A stretch of DNA of 64,000 nt from Phoronis australis (Eukaryota; Animalia; Phoronida). The translations under genes were made by a program, and so were the position numbers. The notes under the pieces are model-generated. The model was not told the origin of the DNA. It searched no databases and worked only from the letters and a program-made list of their open reading frames with translations. Below, in pieces: positions 52,675 through 64,000 of the stretch. Position 1 is the stretch's first letter; every line of letters begins with the position of its first letter. The stretch lies in contig NMRA01000841.1 of NCBI GenBank assembly GCA_002633005.1, positions 1 to 64,000 of the forward strand, given 5' to 3'.

Positions 52675-55119
52675 TCATAAAAGTTTTTCTATTTGGTCTA
52701 TGTCCTCTTGGTCCAGCTTAAACATCCGGTTAGTCTTGCCTGTTGGACTTGGTTCTTTAACTTTCGTAATGATGCTTGACTGTGGAACCCATATGACATC
52801 ATCGTGATTTGGACACTGAAACAGCTGTTTTTTTATGCTCCATGAATTCTATTTCAGCTTCCATGCCGTCGCTTTCAAGTTGCAGTATCTTACCTGCATA
52901 CCAATTGCCTTCAAGTAGTGCTTCAAGAAATTCTCCCTCGTTGTAAGCAACATCATGATGATCAACGCGGCTTCGTTTCGAATTCACAGACTTCTCCATG
53001 TGACTTTTTGCTGTCGCTTCTGAAGCGTTCTCCATTAGTTGGGTGTTCCACTCAGTGCAAGTTTCGATTCCATTAATACAAACCGCAGAGTAACAACTAA
53101 CATCATTGAAGGCAACCAAAGAAGAAGCACGGCCAACCACTGAATGGACCTTGAATGTACCCTTGCGAGGAACAACGCGTTTTTCACTCAGTACAATGTC
53201 TGCCCTATAACAGTCGTCAGAAGAAACAAACGAGAATGTCACACTCTTCGTGCTGGAATTTAGAGCCCATTTGTAAAAATAAGAAGCGTCTTGAATGATT
53301 GCCTTTTCGCTCCTTACCGCTTCGCCAGCCATTCTCTTTGTCGTTCCATTAAGTCCATAGCACGGACCTTTGCCTTGGCTTATTTCAAAAAACTTCCACT
53401 TGGCATCAACATCATATATCTCTCTGTGATTTGCCACTGTGAAGAAAACTTGTTTATTGCGGTACTGACTAGTGGGTCCGTCCGTCCAATAATGAATCAT
53501 TTGCACACCAGGATCGACTTATTTTACACGTGGAATGATTGCATTTAGGATTGCGTGAACAGTAGAGGGCGAGTGCGACATCTCGTCCGAGACAACTACA
53601 AAGCTTCTGTGCTTCGGTGTTTTACCAGAGCCTTCATCCATCACGTAGTACATTACAATAGGGTGAAGTGTCACACCTGTCTTTTTCCAGTACGCACCTT
53701 GTATTTCGTCGTTCATCTTGCACGCATAATTTTCTGCAAAGTCCATTTGTAAGATAAAGTGGTGTTCTGGAAGTTTTTTTTTTAAGTTGTGTTGTTTCGT
53801 CGTACTGCTTTGTGACATTGTACACGTGTTTTTCAAACATTGAAACTTGATTCTGGTACGTATTGATGATGTCCTGCTTCTCCAACTCTGTGTTTACAAT
53901 TCCCATCATGTTCTTCACTTTTCCTCTTTCTGTAACTTCAACTCTTTTCCACTGTTTATACGCAACTTCATGCGGTAATGCGTCATTCAGTCGTTTTTCT
54001 GATGGTCTGTTTGTCGTCAAAAATTATTCTGGATTAAGTGGAACGCTGGTGCCTTCTCTTCGCAACGTCTTCAAAAGGAGCGTCATATTTTGGTGTCGAG
54101 TACACAAACAGCTGCTTCTTGAGATCAAACTTGTGAGAACATACTTCGGGCGCATCCTGCAGAATGTTGCTAAAGAAATGTTGGCTGCAGTGAACTTTTT
54201 GTGATGGTTTGCCAAGTAGTCTGTCAAAACACGCGTCTGTTTTTTTATTTTTTTTTTTCGCCTTTGTCGGTTGTAATGTCTCCTTTGCCTGGCTGTGCCC
54301 GACTGTTGTCATCCCTCTCAAAGAAAGCATAGACTTCTTTTTTCCACTTTTGCTGGGTGCGCCGTCTAGATCAACTTCTTAATGGCATTCACTGTTTTAC
54401 CGCCTTTCATAAAGAATGCCTGTTAATGCCTGTATTACAGCCCATCCACTTCAAAGCGCGATATTTTTGAAGAATTTTCCAGGAAATAATGTGTGTTAGC
54501 ATACGTTTCTTCATTGTTGATGAACCCGCTGCTTTTCTTGCTTCTTTGAGTTCAGCGATAAGAGCGTTGCCAAACAGAATTAGTCTCCTAACTGTTTTCC
54601 TTCTTTTTGGTGTCAGACCAGCGGCTTTTAAGTCACCTTCAGTTTTACTTTTGGGGGTCTTTGGTGATTTTGGTGGATTGGTTCTTGATCGTAGTCTTTG
54701 ATTCTGCTTTTGTAAAGTTTTCACTTGTGTTTTCAGTTGTTTGCTCTTCTGTTCTAATTGTTTGATTTCACGATGCGCTTTGGCCAGGGCCCGACTGATT
54801 CTCTTCCTCTTACCTTTATTTCTATTACCACCATTGAAGTTCAGTTTGACGACCATTGAACCTTCGGAGTGGCTCTCAATCCCACTGGTTGATGTGGAAG
54901 CTTCAGCCATTGACTGTTTTTTTTCTCTCGTTATCGGCGCACACGTTCCCTATTTTTTTCATTATGTTTTTTTCGTTCAGAGGTCGACAGCTGTGACGAG
55001 GGAACGTAGTACTGGAGCCGTCGCGCCTTTCTTTTTCTAAATATCTTTCCCCCATCTCTCATCTCTCTTTTCTTTTTCTCCCTGTATCGTTTTTGAATCT
55101 CCGCCCTGGTCAACGCCAT
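52675..55119 (-). pseudogene. Frameshifted DDD cut-and-paste transposase (probably Sola2-type); the element spans about 51600-56740
   Basis: Overlapping ORF pieces with CLCTRH, MDFAENY...EIQGAYW...TLHP, WTDGPTSQYRNK and SQGKGPCYG (HGKGPCDG expected); several frameshifts. The superfamily call is from memory. Confidence 0.8.
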
Positions 55120-55530
55120 TCTACTATCTGAAAACAGCATAAATACTTGCAATTTTTGATGTAATGCGCGTTACAATTTTGTAAAGTACGTTGCCTATGT
55201 TTTATAGAAGATTGTCCGGTTGCATAAATACAAAAAAATAACGTAGTCCCTCCACAGTTTTGTTAGCATAACTCATAAAATATTGAAAACTTCATCATGA
55301 AATATTATCAGTAAAGTAAAATGCTAAACTGATAAGAGTAACTCGTAAAAATTCACGCAAAAACAAAATTATGATGTTTTCGCACCTTTTGTCATCACAG
55401 AAGCTTCAAATCTACTTTATAAAAGACAACACACATTATATACAATGTCTCAAACAAAAATAACCCAAATGGTTTGTTTTACATGTTCTGGATTCAAGCA
55501 GAAAATTTCAGTGTTTTAGTGTAACGTACG

Positions 55531-55672
55531 CAGTGGCGGCTTTAGAGGGGGGGGGGGCAAGGGGGCCATGCCCCCCCCTTAAAATTGTCCCAGATTCCAT
55601 TTGGACGGACAAAATCCAGGCTAATACTCTGCCCTGGCCCCCACCTAACTCAAAAACCTGGATCCGCCCCTG
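55531..55672. mobile_element. MITE with CAGTGGCGG/CCGCCCCTG ends and 5-bp TSD GTACG
   Basis: TIRs and the flanking duplication are visible directly. Confidence 0.8.
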
Positions 55673-58498
55673 GTACGTTACCAAATGCAACGCACGTTAC
55701 CTTTGAAATTTCCCCTTATTTCACACATATATCTTAGGGAATGTGGTCATATGTCTAATTTTTTAATCTTTTGAATTAATTACCCGTGAACAACTGCGTC
55801 AATAACAACTTTCAGACTAAAATACTCAAAAATAGAACTGACCATTCAATGTTCAAAGCGTATCAAAAGAACGTGCTTTTGAAGATAAAACGTTGTCTGC
55901 TAGTATGCCGGATGTCAAATGCACATGCGTAAAAATGTCGCACAGAGTTGGCTTTCTTGTGGGCCGATCTACATTACAGTTTCGAAATCGTGGTAACGCT
56001 TATTACAGTAACGGACATTACAACCAGTGATATTTCTTTGCACAGTACAAACCCCAATCACTATAAAACGTTATAAATGCTTCTCTTAGCACTTGTAGAG
56101 TACCTTGTACACCTGAGAAGATTTATTTAGCTGTGGTGCCATTATTTTCTTTGAACGAGTCGTATCCTTAACCATACGCTTTTCAAAATTCCCAGTTAAA
56201 ATGATTTTAAAATATAATGACTTAAAAATATATTACTGTGCCTTCTATGTTGCATTTCTTTGGCCTCTTAGCTGTCACGGAAACAATTTTTTAATATTGA
56301 TTTATGCTCACGTTTTGATATCAGACCCCACAGTTTGAGGCCCGTTTGCAAGCCACTTTATATTTTTCAATGTAGGCGACAGCGATACTTTTAATAGTTA
56401 CACATTGTTTTAACCGAAGAAATTCGCAGATCTCGGAAATAAATATTAATTCAATACAATGTCTAACAAACAATATAAAAATATGAACAGCAGTCCATTT
56501 TTGGCTTCAATTCAGCTTGTTTTCTTAAAATGGTGTTATCGGCGACAGTAACGAACGTTACAATTTTCAATTTCAAAAGGCCAAAAAATAATTGAAGTCC
56601 GTGCGCTTGACTGATATTTGCGTTTCTTTGGTTCACGCGAGGAACCTCGTTCTATAAATGGCGAAAAAGACTGGACTCGTGCATCATTTTAATTAAAAAA
56701 ATCGGCGGCGACAGCATGTGGCACGTTTTATTGAGAATGGGTGATAAGCTTTGGCTGAAATTCTCACGGAGTGCTTCTAGGGCCTGGGACTGTGGTTTTG
56801 CCGGCTCAGTCGAAAAGACAATCACTGAAGTGCATTAAGTTAAGAAAATGCCATTTTACAAAAACGTGTTAACCTTTTTCGTCGTTATAATTGTATGGTA
56901 CCTATTTTTCAGTTGTTTATAAACCGACAAGACGATCAGCTGTCAAGGGGGGGGGCGCTCCTCCGGCGCGCCATTACATCACTGTTTTCCCGAAGTTTTT
57001 AGTAAGGGTCTAGTCCTTGACATGACGCCACTTGATTTATTCTAACAAAAAGATTTGAGGTATGCGTTCGTGTGAAACACTTGAGCACTAAGTAAAAAAA
57101 ATTAATAGAAACCCATGAAAATCGATGAGCATACAAACAGCAGTATGCGTCAGTGCATGTCAGTCGTGTCATTTTATGCAACAATTGACCAATGGAACTG
57201 CACATGTTTGTGTACATGTGCATATTCGGAATTGAAGGCTTAGGGGCCAGTTTGAATAAGTTGGGAGCAAAATTTTGCGAAACGATACAGTTATAGAAGC
57301 TGATATGTTAGCATTATGTGTTTCAATGAAAAAAGAAGAATGAACAAATGACACCAAAAACACGTACCTGTTCTGGTTGGTAAGACACGCACCGGGTATA
57401 TACATCGGTTAGCCGCGTAGGCGTGTGCTTGTGAACACCACTGCTTGGGCGACCGAAGCCGAAGGTCAAAGTATGCATTTGCACAGGCCCAATTTCCCGA
57501 AAGGTGATTGGAATTGCCTACTTCAGGTTACACCAAGGAATAATAATTACATCAATATGCAAACGTTTTTTCAAAAAATAAAGCGTATGTAAGGGGTGCT
57601 GGGTTGTCTCAAGGAAAATTGAAAATTACTTCAGTGATANNNNNNNNNNNNNNNNNNNNNNNNNNNNNNNNNNNNNNNNNNNNNNNNNNNNNNNNNNNNN
57701 NNNNNNNNNNNNNNNNNNNNNNNNNNNNNNNNNNNNNNNNNNNNNNNNNNNNNNNNNNNNNNNNNNNNNNNNNNNNNNNNNNNNNNNNNNNNNNNNNNNN
57801 NNNNNNCCTAGTGCCCCCCCCCCCCTTTTATTTTAGTCCTCGTTGATTTCTTTCAGTAAAAGGTCCGCATATCGAAAGATTCGAGCCCCCCTATATTTAG
57901 GCTGGGTGCGCGCATGCTAGTACCTAATTCATCTTAGCATGGTGAACTCAGTGGTGATTTGTAGAGTTTGAAACGGCATAGTCTCACAGTTCAAACAGTT
58001 GTGTCATAGACTCTGCTGTATATAAGCGGAGCTAGAGTTTTAAAAAGGCGTTCGCATTATTAATTTTCACCAATATTATTTTTTTACACCAATCAATGTA
58101 CCCCTTTTATTCGATCATGATCAGATATTTTTTTCTGCCAATAAGAAGCTCACTTCCATCTGATTGGCCATCCAGAACGAGGACAACAAAAATGTTCACA
58201 GAGAAACAACACATAGAGATACTGTAACCATTTCAAACAATAAAGTTTTGATTTTTTCAAAATATGTTTATTTCAAAATATCACCATCACGCAGTAAAAT
58301 CACACGTAACAGTAAAAGGGAAATGTCTAGCTGGTACAAAGCTACTGTACCGAACTGTTACATGCACTTCGCCATTTCAACAAAAGTCAGATTTCAACAA
58401 CTCTAATTTAATCCCTCAATTCAGTTGGATCAGACATTTACTGGCACACAATTATGTTGCATTTATGTTGACAAAACTCAATGGTCGTAAACTCTTTC

Positions 58499-58760
58499 CA
58501 GGGTCGGATCCAGGATTTTGAGTTGGGGGGCAGGGCACAGTAATAACCAGAATTTCGCCACATGCGACCTTATTACTAAAAAAAACGGTAAACGAGGTTT
58601 GTTCAAGGCCTATGCATTTGCATTCCGCCCCCCAATCCCCCCTGGTGCGCGCATATGCTAGTCAGCAATTCGCACCCCGAACTGCCAAATGGTATCTGGG
58701 AGAATTTTAGGGGGGCCATGGCCCCCTTGGCCCCACCCACCCTCGCTAAATCCGCCACTG
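58499..58760. mobile_element. MITE of the same family with 5-bp TSD CTTTC
   Basis: CTTTC|CAGGGTCGGATCC...ATCCGCCACTG|CTTTC. Confidence 0.8.
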
Positions 58761-59247
58761 CTTTCTGCCCTGTGCTACATGCCCAGGCATTAATACATTG
58801 TAAGTATCAAAAGACCATAAACAGGACAGAATATAAAAATGATGGTTTTCCTCAAGTAAGACAGTTGCGGATTTTAATAGCTTGCCAGGCTACATAACAT
58901 TTGTCCCATCTCTTGAAATCTTTAGAAACAAAACCCATCTACCGTCCAAATAGAACATTGTGAGGTACAACAAGGCATTAAAGGCGAAGGCAACCTTTTT
59001 TCATGTCACTTTTAGCAAAAATAAGGTTTGTTGATTATCCCAGACATATTTTTCACTTAATTACAGCTTTTCGTAATTTAATTAATTTCTCGTCCTCTAC
59101 TCCGGAAGTGACGTTTTGGGAGGCAAGAATTTCGCGCTAATTTCTTTTCATACAGTCAGACTGTGAGAGCTGTCAAGTCAGTCATTTTTTCAACCTCGGA
59201 TGTGATAAGTTCGGTCGTCGTTTGCTTTTGTTTACGAGTCAGTCAAC

Positions 59248-59559
59248 ATGCCACGCTGTTGCTGCGTACCAGGATGTACTCATTATCGTCTCACACGCGC
59301 TTTGGGTACCTTGCATCGCTTTCCAAAGGATGACACACTTCGCCGTACTTGGCTAGCTCGTTCGTGTGAGGAACGTAGCGCTACCCGCTCACCCAACGTA
59401 CAAAGCAGTGCCAAGCATTTTCAGCCGTCAGATTGCGACAGAGATATGTTCGCTGAATTGATGAAGGTCCCTGCGAAAGAACGCCTGAAGAAGGGTTCCA
59501 TACCGTCCTTGCTGATTCCCGGCAGTGCCCCGTCGCCACCCCTGAGAAGTGCGTTTTGA
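59248..59559 (+). pseudogene. THAP zinc-finger fragment, probably a Kolobok-type transposon remnant
   Basis: CCVPGC...LHRFP...W...SAKHF...LKKGSIPSL; the third Zn-binding Cys is replaced by Ser; TTAA|AGGCGAAGGCAACC terminus at 58978-58995. Confidence 0.7.
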
Positions 59560-60639
59560 AGCGAGAAGCCTCGCGATCTGTGGCCACTGTAAACAGTGAT
59601 TGGAGGCACTTAGTCATCTACTGTCATCCATGCCTCCGAACGTACCCCCATAGCGTGCAATTCCAGGAACTAGCAGTGATTCCCCGTATGCTGTTGTCTC
59701 TAGCCCAGAGCCTGTAAGCAGCCTTGCGCTTTGCCAAATGTCTTCGAAACTATTGATTTTAACACAAGAACAAAGACCTTTTTGATTTTTGGCCTTTTAC
59801 CAATCTATCACTAGCTGGGTCAGGTGACCATGTATTCAATTTTAGTAAAATTTAAAAAGGGAAGGTACACTAATGAGTATAGAGTGGTGTTTCGAGATAC
59901 TGAAGAACCCTGTTTCGATGAGCCCGAATCCTCGCTAGGCGGCTATCTCGGCACCTGTAAATGTACTTTGGCGCCAATCCTAAAAAATAAAAGCAGGAAT
60001 CTACTAAAACCTAATCTGCTATATTTGTATGTCACAGAACGGATATTATGGTTCTTGGTGAGTGGTCTTTCTCCACAGTTGCCTTGCCAACTCAACGCTC
60101 AATACCTGAGAGAGTTTATTTTAAGCCTTGTTAATTCAGTTTTGCGCGTACGCAGACTCCCCGCTGAAAACGAGTTCTCAAAACTTTTCTCCAAACTTTT
60201 GACGGTTGTCAAGGGTTATAGAGCATTATTTTATTTCAAAGAATTAGATGGGAATGTTGCTTTCAATATCTTTTCACAGGACGGAACCGGGTTTGGTATC
60301 CTTTTCACTTAACTGAACGCGCCTAATAGTCGTAGTCACCATGATTTTTGAGTTCTCAAACACGCGCTGTTACATTTTTCGAAAATAACATTTCGTTTTC
60401 GTTTTATGCAACTTTTGTAGCAAAAATGAAATATTTTAAGCTTACAAGCATTTGGAGAACATCGCATAAAGCATCCGTCGGTCGGACCAGACTTCAATGT
60501 CGGGTGTCGGGCCACCTGAAGCGGGCCTCAGTAGTGGCAACTCTTCTAGCCAAAGTGAATGATCTAATTGATTCGTGTGGTGAGAAAACAAACTAATGGC
60601 TGGAGACAACTACAACACGTCTATCTTTTTAAAACGCCA

Positions 60640-60913
60640 CAGTTTTGCTGCTCGAGTGAACCAAGTGTAAGTTTGCATTCGACGGCCCCTTCACCGGCCG
60701 GCGCGCCGGTTTTCGAACACTGTTCTGGACTACGATATTGTCCGTTCGAGGGCGCAAACTTCGAAGTTTCCGATAACCAATGACCAATCATATTTGCTTT
60801 TACAACCAACACTCGGTATTGCCGATTAAATAATGATAATAGGCTGTTAATTTCCAGGATCTCTTCGCTCAAACATACCGTAATTAAAAACCTTAAAAGA
60901 ACGACATCCTGCA
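60640..60913 (+). promoter_or_regulatory. Probable TRIM37 promoter/5' UTR
   Basis: Local CpG enrichment, palindrome CCGGCGCGCCGG (about 60698-60709) and tandem CCAAT boxes (about 60777-60788) upstream of the ATG. Confidence 0.5.
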
Positions 60914-60967
60914 ATGGCAGAAGGTGGTGGACAAAAAGGCAAAAAGATTGAGGAATTGACGATGGAG
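60914..60967 (+). CDS. TRIM37: TRIM37 coding exon 1
   Basis: MAEGGGQKGKKIEELTME|gtaacg; phase 0 joins exon 2 at the same position as the vertebrate MDEQSVE|SIAEVF junction; CpG-rich promoter just upstream. Confidence 0.82.
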
Positions 60968-63540
60968 GTAACGATTTTCGTTTCTGTTTCTTGACAAGTC
61001 TGGAGTAGACACAGGCACTCTTGTATGTCTCGCCAGGCCAGTACAGGAGAATGATAGGCCTACACCATGAAACTTGAAAACTTCACTCAAATAATCACGT
61101 TCACGTTGATAAACATTTGCACTGCACTAAAGCAAATTACATGTTAATAAACTTAACCAACCGTTGGTTAAATTTATTAACATGCAATTTGCCAACCCCA
61201 TAGCCGATGTTATTCAGTATACACAAAATTAATTTCCATTCATGACATATTTCTCCTATTCTGTGACACAAGTTATGCCCTATGGTAAAGGAGAAAGTTG
61301 GTGATCGTGAGGCCAACAACTGCAATTATTCTTTACAGTCAACAAAAAAATTCACCTGATTGCCTTAATGAATATTCAATGAATTCCAAGTTTGCGCACA
61401 AATGATCTTGAGATTAAGGAGGATTCTAAGCTCGCGCTCAGCAGTACCACCTGATCACTGTCTCAACTTGCCGCTGTACAGATGGTAGTCATCTCATAGA
61501 CCCTCCATATGCTGGAAGCTTTTTGGCGAATTATGCGTCACACTGATTGAACCATCAAAGGCATGTTGCTATAGATATCTTTTGCACACAGAGGGATCAC
61601 ACTGTAGGAGGCCGCTGATGTCTTGAACTCTTCTCAGCTCAAACAAAGACTTTTTTTCGAACAATCCTTCATTCAGTCGCCCAAATTGGGAACTGGTTAT
61701 GTTTTACACTGCTTGCGCCAAGAGATATGACATAATTGTAAAAGCTTTATTTAAACGTCAGTGAAGAGGCGGAATAGGTTGACGGTAGAAGACGTCACAC
61801 AATTTCCGACCATTCCCCGAGCTGAAAACAGCTCCCAACTTCCACATGAAAATGACTACCCTCTGTTCCCAAGGGTGAGGTTATGAGGGGTAGAAAGAGC
61901 AAAAATTGCAAATGTTCTGTAAATTCAACTGTAATAAATTCAATCATATTTAAATTATAATTAAACCATTTTGTAAATTCCATTCTATTTAATTAATTCA
62001 ACCTAATTTAAGACAAAAATCAAACATGTTTGAATTCATCTTAGTTTGAAAATTCAATTCAACTCGGTAAAATCCATCTTGTTTAGAAGATTCATTGCTT
62101 TTATAAACTCAGATGCTGTTTGAAAGATTCATGCTACTCGCATTACAGAGATTCAGTCAACATTCGTAAACCAAGTGTGTAAATTCAATCGTGTTTAAAC
62201 AGAAAATTATCATGTTTCGAAGATACTATCGTGCAAAGTGGGAAGTGAAACTAGTTTACCACATGACTGAAAAGGGCTGAGCTCTCCTTGACGCTCGTCA
62301 ATGAGATTAAAAATATTCAAGAACAGATTCTTGCTGACGATTTTGATGATGGAAATATATACAAGCTTGAGCATTGGTCTCGAAAGCTTTTGGATCTGCC
62401 TAACTTGCAAGGAGCGGCGTTTTTAGTGATGCGGGCCTTGGCCTTTCAGTGGGATTAGTTGAGGAATCACCGACAGGATTGACAAAACAGCGCCGATTTT
62501 ATAAAACACACTCGATTATCTGAAACAGGTTTGCTTTTAAACAGGGTTGTTTTGCATAGAATTGAATGTACAAAACAAGAATGATTTTTAAGTTGTATTA
62601 ACTTATTAAATACAGTTGAATTAACAGAACAGGGTTGACTTTTTTTTTACAATGTTAGCCCTTTCCGCCTCTCATACGAGGTGGTCTTGGACTAGTAGCC
62701 TGGTTGGTCGTTGCATGATTCCTAAACTGATCTAAACCAAGCAATTTTACTCCACAGTCCCAGAAAATTTCACAAAGTGCGTGAAGAACTCTGAAATACT
62801 GATGAACACGCTTTTCTATGAAATGAGTGTAGTCAATCTGCAGTGAGTGTAGTAATATAAAGCCCTCTCTTACTCACACGCCTATGGGCAATTGCTCTGT
62901 GGTCGACTGGTAAGGAAACCTGGCATTGAAGTAAGATTTACCAGGTTTGAAACTTGCACTGCGTGATTTGTCACTACATTGGTACCCAACAACTGCATGT
63001 ACCTCCTGAGTGTGATAGTGCTATTATGATAGAGGAGGCGGATGTAGAGGCGATCGATCTGATGATTAGTTACAGGCGGCACTACCCAGTATGATCGGAG
63101 GAAGAATATTTTTAAAATTTCTGTTCAAAATCAATTTTTTTTACTAAAAATGTATATCTCAGAAAAAACAAAGACAAGTAAATAAGAATAATAATTTTGT
63201 CAGGAAATTTATTCATTTTTCTGAAAATATAGACTTTGTAGGGATTAGAGATTACGGAATTTAAGATATTTGCACATAAGTTCACTTTTACCTTAAAATA
63301 GAATGGAAAATGTCAAATATAATTTTGAGTTCGATTTTGAGTGCAAAAATTAGACCTCAAGAATCCCTGATTTGTCTTCTGATTTTGTGCCCTTCAGGCT
63401 TTGTAGCTCTGGTTAAATATAGTGGTCCCTGATTTGTAGCACAAGTTTCGTCCTTTCAATTGTCTGGTTCTCAAAATCGGGCAAGTGTGATTTTGTGCGA
63501 AGTGCCCGCCAACAAACCAAAGCCGTGCATTATTCTTTAG

Positions 63541-63801
<261 letters not shown>

Positions 63802-64000
63802 TAGTTGTCAAAATTGTCAGTTTTCTATTTTACAAATGATGATCACCTTGCTGGAACTATTGTAAACCAAATGTTATTTCATGTCATCCACACAGTATAA
63901 GCCAAGGTATCAATCAAATTTTTTGTAATGTTTATTTTTGCTAAAAAATTTTTGTTAACGTGAAATTTTACCACATTTTGTGCTGAATTAGCCAAGGGTG

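Noticed and set aside
59824-60312. 162-aa ORF upstream of TRIM37
   Set aside because: Non-ATG start in the track and no recognisable domain; probably repeat-derived.

Overview
Eukaryotic (marine invertebrate, probably lophotrochozoan) draft-assembly DNA: AT-rich, rich in GT-AG introns, with N gaps at 11550-11992, 39208, 46907-46962, 50837-50963 and 57640-57806. Three spliced genes can be rebuilt by hand. (1) NUDT9 ADP-ribose pyrophosphatase (+, 4042-13130): six exons visible, and one required exon probably lies in a gap. (2) A complete Ttd14-like P-loop (AAA_28) + CYTH gene (-, 51305-18123): 12 coding exons, about 427 aa. (3) The first two coding exons of TRIM37 (+, 60914-63687). The best finding is a duplicated, phase-matched pair of mutually exclusive exons (22528-22622 and 21981-22072) in the Ttd14 CYTH domain. 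The rest is decayed mobile DNA: Copia and Gypsy remnants (the Gypsy holds a nested solo LTR), a frameshifted DDD transposase (Sola2-like) flanked by about ten copies of a 14-bp palindrome, a THAP/Kolobok-like fragment, HIRAN-carrying elements, Helentron/HINE-like repeats, several MITEs (one family with 5-bp TSDs), SINEs and long hairpins. Most ORFs in the supplied track are non-coding noise. All family assignments come from motif recognition; no searches were run.
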